From Camelus dromedarius (taxonomy: Eukaryota), in assembly GCF_036321535.1 (NCBI RefSeq), contig NC_087437.1, positions 100,256,001 to 100,320,000 on the forward strand: 64,000 nucleotides of DNA, read 5' to 3'. Below the pieces are notes generated by a model, which saw only the letters and a list, made by a program, of their open reading frames with translations, ran no database searches and was not told the origin of the DNA. Both the position numbers and the translations under genes were made by a program. This document shows, piece after piece, positions 51,626-64,000 of the stretch; the stretch's first letter is position 1; every line of letters begins with the position of its first letter.

Positions 51626-54600
51626 AATGAGGTTCTGATTGCCAGACCTAGTAGATACATGTCAGTGTCATTTATTTATATAGCAGATTTTGAGTTCTCC
51701 CTATATGGAAGGCACTGCTAAATGTGAGGGATAAAATATTAAAACAGCACTACACAGGTTTATATCCTAGTAGGAATGACAGGCTTACAAGATGACATTG
51801 AATTGTCATACTGGATACTGTTTATTGGAAGGATAATACCAGGTTGTGCTGGAATTGGTCTAAGCATTACATGCATTATCTTATTTAATGCCTGCAAATT
51901 AATAAGCATTGTTATTTACTATTAATTCCCATTTTAAAGAAGAAAACATTAATACTCACAGGGCCCAGCATTTGGTGAGCTCACTATGAACTCGAACCTA
52001 GATCTGCCTTTAGAGCCCTCACTGTTCATGGGCAGAACTGCTTCCATAATGCAGGCCACTAGTGTTTCAGAGATGTCTGCACTTGTGAGGTGAACCCAGA
52101 GCTGTTGCTGCTGCCTTTGAGCATGGATGTCAGGGGAAGGCTTCTCGTTGGTTTCTTGATTGCTGGTTTAAATTTTGGACGTATTTAGATCTGAAATAGA
52201 TAATTTAGTTCAACACCCTTAATTTATGTTTGAGCCCTAGAGAAGCAACATGTCCAAAATGAAAGAGCTTTTTTTTTGTGACAAACTTGACAACAGATCC
52301 TAGACTGGTATGATTTTTCTGTTTAAAAGAAGGTCCACCCAAACTCCTGAACCATGTGCTGCCTAAAATGTTGTCTCCTTAGAAATTTAGTATAGGAGAG
52401 GAATAGCATATAAATTCCAAACCCTCCTGCACCACAGTGGTTGGAATGGGGTCTAATTACGTACTCACTCTGTTATTTTATAGTGATTTTTAAAATGAAA
52501 TCTCTGTCTGAGGGTCTTTGCTGGTGAACTTCTACTTGCAGAATGAGTGTGACTTGGAGCTAGTTGGCCTAGCTTTGAAGCTTACTCTCTTAGTATCTTA
52601 GATGCCTGTCAGTGTCTTTGTGTCTTCATTGTAAAATGGGGCTAATATTAGTACTTCCCTCAAAGTCGTTATGAGAATTGAAAGAGTTAATATGTATAAA
52701 ATGTTTTGAAAAGTGCCCGGCACATTCTAGGTACTCAGTCGCTATTAGTTACTGTTTATTGTTGGGATGATGGTTTCCCCATTTCCAGCTCAGTTTATTT
52801 CCTGGACACCTGCTTTCTGATTTCTGATTGTCATTGGGGAGCTGGGAATTGATATGAAAAACAGCATAGAAAAGGAAGTAAGTATATACTTAATGTCATT
52901 TGTCATTGTTATTAACTTACCTGACTGTAGCTCTTAGCTCTCAGTACATATTAACATACTGTACTGAGTAGCACACGTGGGAATTAAACAACTAAAACTC
53001 CTAGACAGCAAAGAGCATGATTTCTCCCTTCCTGTAAATGTTTTCTTCTCTTCCCCAGCAGTATTTAAGGGCCTAGTTGGAGGAGTTAATGAGTATTAAC
53101 ATATTTAAAATATTTTTCTTTTCCTTTCTAGAAAGAAACACTTACTATTTAGGTGACTTCTAAACATCTCAAACAAGTAATTCCAAAACAGCTCCCTGAT
53201 GGAAGGAAATCGGCAGCTTGGAATTGCGGTCAAGGAAGGGATCTAAATAGATCTTAACAGCTTGGCATGCGTTTTTTGCACAGGGTTTAGAGCATCCCAG
53301 TGACTTGCTTGCTAACCCAGACATCCGATCTGTAGTTTTTGTTGTCAAACACACACAACAAAATTACTCAATCCCTTAAACATATCAGTTCCTGATTTGC
53401 CCAGTTTATTTTTCAACATTATTCTAATAAATCATTTTTGCATATTACTGTGTTTTTATGGAAGGTTCCTGAATTTTATGATCTAAACTCAGCGATACGA
53501 TTGAATGTCTCCTTCATTTAAAACAGTCATCTCTATGACATTCTTTGACATTTCTCACTAAAGTCAATATCACATAAACTCTTAAAACAGTTGACATTAA
53601 GGTCGTTATAACATACCCATTTTGAAGAAACCAAAGAAATACTCAGTGTTACTGTTGGAATGTAAAGTTAGATTATTCTTATTTTTATTTCTAGATTTTC
53701 TTTTTTTGTTAATATCTTTGGAAGAACTCCAGATATTTTGAGAAACCACACATCGGCGTGTAACATTTTTTTCCTTTTGCTTCGTGTTATTATTCTAGAG
53801 ATAGTTAAGAGCTAGGTAAGCAACTTCTCCATCTTTAGTTGTGATTTTAGGATATTCACAAAAGTTTTTCATGTCCTATTTCACTCATGTTAACATAATT
53901 ACATATAAAGTTGCCCACATGTTAATTTCTTACCAGATTTGCTAACATTTCTTGTGGTGTGGGTAATAAAGTAATAAGCATCAGTCTTTGCTCCTGTCAG
54001 CGCCGGATGGAGCTTGCTCAGCTCCCTCTGAGCTGTGTCTCCTGTCTGGGTTTCATTGTTCCTTTCCTTTCCTTCCGTAGATGCAGTCTTCCCATGACCC
54101 TCTTTCCCTACTTTCCCTGCACGGTTTCATGGTCCTCTCCTCATTTCCCTTTCAAATAGCTCCTTCACCTCCCCTCTGCTCCCAGCTCCTGCCTCCACTT
54201 GAACTGAGCAATTTTGTTCAAGGCAGGTCTAGGGGCTTGTTGACTAAGGCTTGGAACTTTGCCCTCCAGAGATGAAACCCTGGGACCCCGTTAAGCAAGT
54301 GAAAGTTTGTGCTTAAGGGTAGGGGCACGTAAACAACTACCTTTAGTAGAGAAATGGTTTGTGTAACAGAGAGGAGGAAGCAGTTAACATTGCCTGTGGG
54401 CGATCTGGGAGGAGGCCACAGGTAAGAGGTACTTTGATGAATGGCTACAGGTACTTTCAGTGGGAGGAAGCCGAGCAAGGGAGAAAGTGGGCCATTTAGG
54501 TAAGGGAAACATGTGCAAACTAGGTGCTCCACAGGTGTGCACTTAATCTACTCTTCCCTTCCTCTGATTTCTTTGGTTTTCTTCAGTGATTGGTCCCAGG

Positions 54601-55439
54601 CCAGGATACTTTCACTGTTTTGTTTTTTTTTTGGTTTTTTGTTTTTTAACATTTTTTACAATGTTGTGTCAAATTCCAGTGTAGAAGGATGCTTTCACTG
54701 TTGTGGTTCCATCTTTGAAAGAGAAAGGTCTTAACTCATTTTCACCTATTTTTGGCAATAATGCATCTTGTTAACCTTTCTCCACTATTTTGAAATGGAA
54801 CAGCTTTGATTTCTGGTGGATCCTGTTTCCCTTCTCTTATGCGAAGGTGCTACTTGTGCCTGTGAGTTTTTCCTTTCTTTTTTTTTTTTTTTTAAAGCTG
54901 AGTACCGGAAAATTTGCTATGCTGAAGGATATCAATGATAATCAAGCAGCTTCGGCTTCTAAGTCAAATGTGAACTATTTACTGAAGGTACAGGGCAGAA
55001 GGACACACGGTGAAGAAGCAGCTTCAGCAAAGCAGGAAGAGTGCGTAGGATGGAGGCCTCGTCAGTTGCCTGAGGAGCAATATTGGATTCAGTCCATGTC
55101 TGGACACAAAGAACGTTTTCTGGGGAAATGCCTGAACTGAGACCAAAGTAAGAAGAGTGAGGTTAAAAGGTGGGCCGGAGCAGGGAAGGCAGTGTTGTAA
55201 AGTGTGTGTGCTCAGTGGGGAGAGAGGATGGAGAACTGCCTGGGGCGCACAGCGGCAATCAGTGTGGGGCAGGGGTTCTCAGACGTGTTTCAGAAAACGA
55301 TCAGAGAACACTCGGGGTGAAGCATGGAGATGGTTAGAGTGAGGGGGTGGATGCGGGGAAGGACGTGGGCTGAGTCCTCCTGAGAGATAGTTGTGGCCTG
55401 GATGAAGGCAAAAATGGTTGGATTTGAGGCTTTTTGATT

Positions 55440-56190
55440 CGGGCACCAATTCTGATGTGTGTGGTTTTGTTGTTGTTTTTCCCATATCACCGAGTAATTC
55501 TTTGACACCAACTAGGTGTCCTGCAGTTCATCTCAGCTTGGACACTGTCTGCCTGGAGATAGGGTCAGCTCCCACAGGTTAGTGAGGGTCAGTCCCACAA
55601 CACTGCCACCTGTCTGTCCACCCCGCCCCGAATCAGATGCTGATTCAGGTGGTTGCCTGTGCTTCTGACCAACCTGCTGTCTGTCTGAGGTTCCCACAAT
55701 TCCTCTCTCCTCAGGTTTGATTACTTTACTAGGGCGGCTCACAGAGCTTAATCACGGCTTATTTAAAAGGATACACAGCCAAGTGGACGAGATGCAGAGG
55801 GCACGGTATGGGCACAGGGCATGGCACTTTCATGCTCTCTGAGCACGCTGCTCTCCCCACCAGCCCAGAAGCTCTCTTACCCTAACACTGTCCATTTGGG
55901 TTTTTGTAGAAGTTTCATTACAGGGCATGGTTGATGAAATCATTGGCTGCTGGTGAATGATCTCAATCTCCAGCCCCTCACCCATCTCCTTCCCCGGGGA
56001 TGGGGCGGGGCGGAGGGGGGGTACCGGAAGTTCCAATCCTCTAATTGAGTGATTGGTTCCCCTGGTTGCTTAGGGATTTTCTTAAGTCACTTCATTATCG
56101 TAACAAAAGACACATTTATCACTCAGGAGCCCTGTGCAAGGAACTGGGACACAGACTAAATAATGTATTTTTTATTATAAATCATAACAT
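55440..56190 (-). mobile_element. MER21-like LTR, followed by an MLT1 fragment (~56210-56355)
   Basis: Similar to 21880-22925. Confidence 0.7.
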
Positions 56191-59100
56191 TAAAGTTATA
56201 TTAAGGAGGTGCCAATTATTGGATTAGGGCTCCACCCTCATGACCTCATTTAACATAATCACCTCCTTAAAGGTCCTATCTCCAGCACAGTCATGTGGAG
56301 GTGGTTAGGGCTTCACCAGAAATTTTGATGGGACACTATTCAGTTCCTTGCACAGCCCCCCCCCCACCGTATTATTACATTTGTATATTTATTATTACAT
56401 GTGTATGTGTTAAAGGTCATGTTCTTTCTGAAAGATCTTATTGGCTTAGGTGACTATCTCTGCCATCAGGTAAATATCAGTCCAGCTTCCATTACTGTGA
56501 GTAGGAACTGATTTTACTATGCCAGAGCCATATTTTATTAAGGTCTTTTTGCTGGAGGGGACTAGTTCTGGTCTAGTGTATTTCGCTAGTTCTTTGTCCT
56601 AGGTAGAGGAGCTTGGATTTCTTAGCCTAATTTCCTGCCTGTTACTAGGTGTTTAGGTTGTTTTCAGATGCCGCCTGTTGGACTTTGGGGGTGGTTTTCA
56701 GATGTCATCCTACTACAGAGTACTTGCACATAGTAGGTCCTGTGGGTTTGCACATTGACGTTTCACAGGCCTCTGATTGTGTTGACAGTAAGTTGGACTC
56801 CGTGTGTGCTGCAGTCAGTTTCCAACACTTGGGCCTTCTGTGGCCTTTTCTGTTTCCATTCTCCTGTGCAGAAGTACTTGGGCCTGTGAACTTTGCTTGC
56901 CTCTGCTTTCCTCAGCGTATCCCAGAATTGTGACCTGCTTACCTGGGTCCAGAATTGCTCGAATGCCCTTTGATTCTGCTGTAGTGAAGTGCTTCATTGA
57001 TTGCCTAGGTCTCTAGATGAGAGCTGTAGGAGCCCCTCTCTCTGCCCAGGGGGAAGCACCTTACCCAGCACTGCTGGAATTCAGGACTTTTGTGCAAAAA
57101 CTGCCTATCCCGTCACTGGCAGGCTCCACATATGGGTAAATACATGGAAAACGTGCTTCACACCATTCTTTTTGTTTCATTTCCTCAGTGACAGAAGAGC
57201 AGAAAATCTTCCTACAGCAAGTTTTATTGAAAGCTAAATGGTGATTTTTTTTTCTAACCTGAATTTTTTTAATATAGTTAAGTGTTTGTGTTTTTCTTCA
57301 TCGCTTTTGTGTTCTCTATTTTTCTTTATGGCTTTCCTCAGTCAAAACCTCATTGAAAGTTCCCACACATTTACTTATTTTTTTTTTTTAATCAACCATA
57401 AAGTTTCATGAGCACAGTCCAGCTTCCTTTGATTTTAAGGTTGCCAGAAGGGAAAGATAGCTGAGGACCATTCTGGTCATTTAGGTTAACATGTGACTTA
57501 AACTTGAAATTAAAGAAATATAAGGCAGTTTATCAGTTCCAAACACTGCCTGCCTTCTGGAGAAGATGTGCCCTGCCTTATCTCCAGTGCTGCTCCATTG
57601 AGGGGAGAAGCAGGTCTAAGGCCTTAGCAGAAGGTGACAGCCTCGTAGCCAAAAGATACTCCAAGGAGCTCATGTCATTTTGCTGCTCAGATAAAGGTCA
57701 GACTGGGCAGAAGAGAGGCTCTGCAGACTCAAGAGATTTGGAATTCAGAGATTAGAGAAACAAGTAGAAAACTGGGAGATGTTATTTCAGTCACGGACAA
57801 AATGGGACGTGATTCAGCTTGTTTATTTACATAATCCAGTGCTGGGCACTTACTAACAGGACTCTGCAGGTCCTCGTGGTTGATCACATGCTCTGTATTT
57901 CACCACACTCTGATAGAAGTTTGAGTAAAATTACAAGATTTGTTATTTGATTTAGTTTTGAGACCATGTTTGAACCTGCATGTTAAATTATAACTCAGTT
58001 TGCTGCATAAATGGAATTGGGCAGCATTAAGAAAGACTATCCCGAAACACTGCGTGAGACCAAATGTCTGCCTTTTGTCTTCTGCAATTTGTGACTGTTG
58101 CATACATCAACACTTGAGAAACTATGCCTCTGTGCAGAGAGGCCCTTTCAGCGTTGCTAGGAGACCCAATAACTGTTTTGTACCATCTTGAGATTTTAAT
58201 TCATTTCTAGTGCAGCGCAATGAAGAGCAGCTGAATGTTTTAAACATTTTTGGAAAAAGAAATACTGAAAGCCATTTAGAAATCTGTTTAAAATGTCTTT
58301 AGCAGTATTCATATTAAGAAAATCTCATTATAAAGCTCACCTTTAAATCTCAGTTTTAAAAAAGTAACTGCTAACAGTTTATCTATCCAGGTCATTTTCA
58401 TACACATGTAAATAAATGTTTCCTCAGATACTTTTAAGAGAAAAGTAATTTTAATGTATCAAACAAGAAAGAATGATACTATCATGAAAACAAACTTACA
58501 TTTTATTCTAATGACTGTGCTGTAAGTACTGAGAGCATGGATTAAGAGGATTTGAACTTTTAGTCATCTCGATGTCTAATTGATGGCCTTTTAAATTTGA
58601 TTTGATTTTTATAAAATAAAAACTCTAGAAGCACAGAGAAACCAGGAAACTTTAATTGCTTTTATAGCAAATTTTCATTCTCGCATACGTTCTTGCCTTC
58701 GTGTTTTTGAGATGTTTCTGGATTCATTTTGAAATGGAATTCTCATTCTGGACTGTACTTAGATTGTTCTTACCTTACTTCATATGTAAGGTGTTCATAC
58801 TCAGACAAATTAAGTGCAGACAACATTTGTAGTTGCTGTGGACAGGAAATCTTCAAGGAGCAGGACCTCTTCTGGCAGATGAATGCTCATTTTCAACATT
58901 TCTTAAATTGATCAAACTTATAATTCAGTCATCAGTTCCTTTCTACTAATGTGCAAGGAACCACAAACAGGAGATAAAGATACCCGCAGTTTCTCCTGAC
59001 CCTAACGGAGCTAATGATTCAATGGTGAATCAGGGCATTCATTTTAAAAATTCACGTAAAGATACAAGGTAATATGGGAAGAAGACAAGCGCATTGATGT

Positions 59101-59519
59101 GTAGAATATATGACAAAAACCGTGGAGCCTACCTGAGTCAACTTCACAATTCAAATTTATAAAAGGGAAAAAATAAAAGACAGTATACGCTGAGCGCCAA
59201 ATGGGTGAGAGAGACCGCAGAAAGGAAGGCACTGTGAGCATTCCTAGGAAGACGGAAAGAAAAGTCCTTGTAGGCTAGAGATGTAGAGGGATGCCAGAGT
59301 GAGCGACGTAGGAATGGAACTGAGATTATTAGAAATGATAGAATGTATTTATTCAGAGACTTGAATGTTAATCAGGACAGATAGTTGAGATTATACACAT
59401 GAATATCAAATCATATCATTTAAAACAGAAATGTGGACATGAAATGAAGATTGGCATAGTGTGGATTTTTGTGGAGATGGTAAGTAGTCCGTTTGGGCTG
59501 AATCAGTGGCTTTAGATGG

Positions 59520-59870
59520 CACATCATCAATCTTTGCTGTGTAACAAAACAACACAAACTTTAGTGGCTTTAACTCACGTGTGAGTTCACCATCCTGCCC
59601 GGGCTTCTGGGGCTGGAGTCCAGGCTGGTGTTCCTGGGGGGCTGCATGCCGCGCACTTGGAGCTGCTGGTCCAACACCTCACTTCTCTCACTTCTCTCTC
59701 CTGTGGTGTGTGCACGTGGTGGCCCGTGTCCCAGTGGACCACAGTGGGAGCAGCAAGCCTTCTTGATGCCCAGCCTTGGAACTGGTGCAGCAGTACTCAG
59801 GCTACGTTCTGTTGGCCAGACAAGGCCAGCCTTTGATTTAGGGGAGGGCCTGCAGAGAGTCCATGTCCAG
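59520..59870 (-). mobile_element. Old MaLR (MLT1) LTR relic
   Basis: ttgctgtgtaacaaaacaacacaaactttagtggctttaa start. Confidence 0.6.
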
Positions 59871-61609
59871 TTGTAATTTGCTATTTGATGAGTGCACTTA
59901 AATGTGGTAAACTCTTAGGACGGTGCTTAAATGTAAATGATCTTGTGTGTAACCTAACTTTCTTTTCATTCTCAATCTATTGGCTTCAGCCTTATTAACA
60001 TTTTATTACAACTGATGGTCCGTTATATTAAGCCTCTTCTAAGGACTAATGGAAAGGATCATGTGATGACCAGTAATTTAATTCTTCATTTTGGTTTGTT
60101 CTTGTTGGAGTTTATCATTTGAAAACCAGCATCAAAACCGTCATTATGGAGAATTAAGACTTGGATTTTCTTTTAATTTTGCTCTGTGTTTATTTTTATG
60201 GTTTGAGCTGTGGGGTGGGAAGGCAGAGGGGTGGGGGGTGTGTGGTTGAGGAGAGACAGGCTCTGCTTATCATAACCTTAGTGCTTAAAGCCTCTTCCAG
60301 GTCATCATCCAGCCCTGAATGTCAGGGTTGGGTGATGTAGAGGTCCAAATAGTAGAGCTGCTGAACGAAAACTGTGTTTTTGAAACTTCAGATCTGCATA
60401 CATTACACAAAAGAAACTGTTGGGTTATCACAAGGAAAACACTGACAGACTAATGCTGTGCAAACTTTTATAGTGTAAATAGTGAAAAAAAATTAAGTTT
60501 TGCCTGATAGTTCATTTACAAACTAAATTTGCATTTTATATTAAGTTGTTGGCTGTTCAGATTGCAGTCTTATTAGATGTAGCAAATAGACTTAATTTTA
60601 TGAATGAATTGACTAAACTTGATATTTTGTTCATAGCTTAATTTCTTTCTTTTATGCACGTAAAAGATACTAGTTTTGTTACAGAAAAGCATTAGCCCTG
60701 AGGAGACTTTCAGAGTTGCAGTGGGTTTAAGCCATCTCTTTCATAAACTCAATTGGAAGAATCTATGTTGGAATTTTTGTTTGGGGCTCGGGACATCTAC
60801 TTTTGCTTTTACAGATTTTTCGAATATTGCCATTTGGCATTAATTCTCTATTTAATTGTGATCTAAATGGAAGTTTCATAGAGTACTATTTTGAGAATAA
60901 GTTGTGAAATTTTAAGATAATCTTTTAAAAATAATGACTTTCAGAAAGAAAATAGGGATAAACAGACATGTCTTAAAGATAATATTGAGGTCAACTACTT
61001 GGTACATTTAAAAATACATAAACTGTGACAGTTTCCTCTCTTTTTGAATTGTCATCAAAATTTATTGTTTAGGAATATTTTTAATCATTCAATGAAAGTT
61101 ACAGAACGAAGTTTAATAAAAATTTGGAATTAACGATGCCTTGGCAGAAAATGTGTCAGAATTCATGAGCATGTGTCCCAGTGACAAGCCTTCCCAGTGT
61201 GTTCCTGGCACCATGGCAAGCGTGAATTAATGTAGCCTTGAATCAGTGCGACACAACTGACCTTTCAGAGCCTCTAGCAGATTCAGTTTTAAACATCTGC
61301 TTGGATAACAGAAATCCTCTACTAGGCTCTTATATTTCACATAGGAAAGCTTATATTCCATACAATGTTGGGAAGTTCCCAGTGCTTTGAAAGGAAATTG
61401 TTTTGAATAAGATAGGTATTAATATTGTCATTCTATTTCTACAGAAGCACAAACTTAAAGGACTGGGAACTGCTGAATTAGAATTTCATTACTCTGGTCC
61501 CCAATAGAATCTTGTTTCCACCGCATCCCATACTCCCTCTGAACAGCTGAGGTGTGCTGAGTGTCCTGCCAGCCTGACACAGGTGCTGAGGCCGTGTTTC
61601 ATTTTCTAG

Positions 61610-61776
61610 ATTTCGCCAGAAGTTTGAGCATCACTACTCCCGAACAGATGATTGAAAAGGCCAAAGGGGAAACTGCCTATTTGCCATGCAAATTTACCCT
61701 TGGTGCAGAAGACCAGGGCCCGCTGGACATTGAGTGGCTGCTATCTCCAGCTGATAATCAGAAGGTGGATCAGGTG
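61610..61776 (+). CDS. CXADR: CXADR coding exon 2 (start of Ig V-type D1 domain: [56 protein letters not shown])
   Basis: ttttctag| acceptor, 167-nt exon, GTG|GTAAGT donor; 43+167=210 nt keeps frame; translation is recognisably CAR D1. The remaining exons lie beyond the window. Confidence 0.97.
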
Positions 61777-62341
61777 GTAAGTGTGCTGCGTGCTGCTCAC
61801 TTGGCAGATGGCAGGGAAACTTGTCTTAGGTGTCCGTCACTGTGTTGGTCACATAGGTGGGGGGACATGGGAGCCGTGAAGAAAGCCCTAGACTTCTTCG
61901 GCTTACCGTCTGGGTAAGGAATGCAGTTGCTCTGGTGGAAAGCGAGGGCACATATGTAATGGAGCAAACTGGATAAGTGATCCACAGTTTCAGAGGAAGA
62001 GAAGGTCACCACACCTCTTAGAGAAGGCTGTGTGGAAGAAGAGGAACTTGTGGACGTGAACGTTCTGAAATTCTGGATCCGGAAGTGTGTGTGAGTCAGG
62101 GAGCAGGGGAGGGGCACGTGGAGCAGGCCTGAGAGCCTGGCCGGAAAGTGCAGAATGTGCTGGGGACAGCGAGTAAACCAGACTTCGTGAAAAGTTAGGT
62201 AGAACTGAGTTTTTAAATTTCGCACAAGGATTCCATTATTAGCACAAGGGACACGTCTAAGAATAACACAGGTACATGTTATTAGAGTCTTCTGTATTTT
62301 TTCAAGTTAAATACCCTATACATTGAATTTCTTAAGTGAAA

Positions 62342-62680
62342 CAGCAGTTGGCCTTCTGTATCTGGGTTTTGCATCCATGGATTCAGCCAACTGTGGATTG
62401 AAAATGTTTGGGGAAAAAAATTCTAGGAAATTTCGGAAAGCAAAGTGAATTTCCCACGTGCCATCAGTGATTTACATAGCATTTGCTTTGTGTTACGCAT
62501 TATAAGTAACCTAGAGATGATTTAAAGTATATGGGAGGGTGCATGTAAGTTATATGCACGTATGTCATCTTATATGAGGGACGCGAACACGTGCAGCTGC
62601 CTCTCCTGGCATCTGAGGAGGGGAAGGAGAAAGGGGGGAGGTCCAGAACTGATGCCCCATGGATACCAACAGATAACGAT
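62342..62680. mobile_element. TcMar-Tigger MITE (MER2-like)
   Basis: gcatccatggattcagccaac...tataagtaacctagagatgatttaaagtat...ccccatggatacc. Confidence 0.8.
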
Positions 62681-62780
62681 ATTGCTGTAGAATTTTTCTA
62701 ATTACAAAATAATAAGAGCCTAATGTAGAAAACTTGAAAAGCCAAAAGGAGCACCAGGGAGAAAAGTTGCCCGACAACCT

Positions 62781-63377
62781 TGCTACTGATCCAGGTTCGT
62801 TTGGCCAACGTGCAGCAAGACAGACACTGAGATGGTGAGATTTGCAACAGAGAAAGAGTTATTCAGAAATCGGCCAAATGAGGAGGCAGAAGAACAAATC
62901 TCAGCCTTGCCTTCCTAAAGGCAAGAGGTTTGAGATGTTTGTGAGACAAAGCAGCAGAGTGCTCGTAGGCATAGGGAAAGGTGATTGGAGTTAGGGAAAA
63001 GGTGAGGTAATCTATGTTTTGTACAGGTGAATCTGAGTTACGTGTTTTTTCATGAGGCACGTGATCTGAGGCTGGGGTTTTCACCCCTCTGACGTCAGAA
63101 GATTGTTCCCTGGTTACCCGCCCGTGCCCAGTTTTAGGGTCGTTGGTCCCACAGGAGCCAACTCCAAGTTCCTGGAAACAACTTAGCTCTCCCATTGCTA
63201 TAGTGACCAGAATGTCAGAGGCATTATCTATAAAGGTGGTTAAGGAGTCAAAAATTAAGGCAGGGGACAAGTGGAGGGGTTTTTAACTAGCTGTTTTCTT
63301 ACATGCTGTTTTGTAGGACTAGCACAAGAATTTCTGTTAGTCACCAGTTTCTGTTAATTCTATGGGACTTGGTTTCA
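62781..63377 (-). mobile_element. ERV1 solo LTR (597 bp) in CXADR intron 2
   Basis: TG...CA with perfect ACCT TSD (62777-62780, 63378-63381); same family as 10693-11246. Confidence 0.85.
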
Positions 63378-64000
63378 ACCTCATCTGCAAATACATGTAT
63401 CACACTTTGCCTTTTAATGGTGCCAGAATATTTCATTTAATTGAGAATGCTTCGTAGTAGCTTCATCTGACATTGAATTTAAAAACAAAAATCAATGTTA
63501 ATAAATTAGACCAGGGAGGAAAAACAAGTTCAAATACTTAGAAGAATATTGTTTTATATATATATATATATATTTTTACTTACGATCTATATTAAAGAAG
63601 TGGTTATCCAGCCATTTAATGGCTGAATCAGTGCAGTTAGGTAATTAACTATTTTTGGCAAGTACAGGCAATCTGTCCATGATGTATTTGTGACAGAAAA
63701 ATGAAGGAGCTCTCCCAAGTTGTAAATGATTAGGGTCACCTCCTTCAAGGATAATTGCCCTAATTCTGGTGCCAGCCTGACTCATACTCAGCCTGATACC
63801 CTTGTCTCTCCTGTCTTGCTCTTCACTGTCTGCTCCCCCCACCCCCCTCCATGGCAGTACCAGCACCCTGAATGCAGGCTTCTACCTGAGGTCCTGCACA
63901 CCCCCGACTCCTGTGCCGGTGCAGTGCCCATCCCTCTTCAGAGTCCAGGACTGGGTCCTTGATTAAGGTGTATGAATGGAGAGCATGGGTCTTACTCATT

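Noticed and set aside
61561..61917. 118-aa ORF as a standalone gene or soluble CAR isoform
   Set aside because: It is exon 2 plus flanking intron; canonical splice sites delimit 61610-61776 and nothing indicates intron retention

Overview
Mammalian genomic DNA, probably camelid: it has seven copies of a tRNA-derived SINE with an ATAAACCTAATTACCTCCC-type tail resembling vic-1, plus cetartiodactyl-type L1 tails. The only host gene I can support is the 5' end of CXADR (coxsackievirus and adenovirus receptor) on the + strand: a CpG-island promoter, coding exon 1 (38721-38763), a ~22.8 kb intron 1 and exon 2 (61610-61776). Everything else is intergenic or intronic DNA rich in L1, L2, MIR, MaLR, ERV LTRs and DNA-transposon relics. 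Three observations stand out. (1) A two-LTR, pol-less class I ERV provirus (32940-36969; GTAG target-site duplication [TSD], tRNA-His primer-binding site, gag and env relics) ends ~1.75 kb upstream of the CXADR ATG in the same orientation. Only its 3' LTR keeps the TATA box, and both LTRs carry variable 32-bp repeats with PBX/MEIS-type motifs. (2) An apparent L1-mobilised, polyadenylated retrocopy of an ERV LTR transcript lies at 26550-26744 and matches a solo LTR nested in that provirus. (3) Four short L1-tail insertions share almost the same 5' end. I found no wholly new coding system. Repeat family names are from memory and need RepeatMasker/Dfam confirmation; boundaries without a TSD are approximate.
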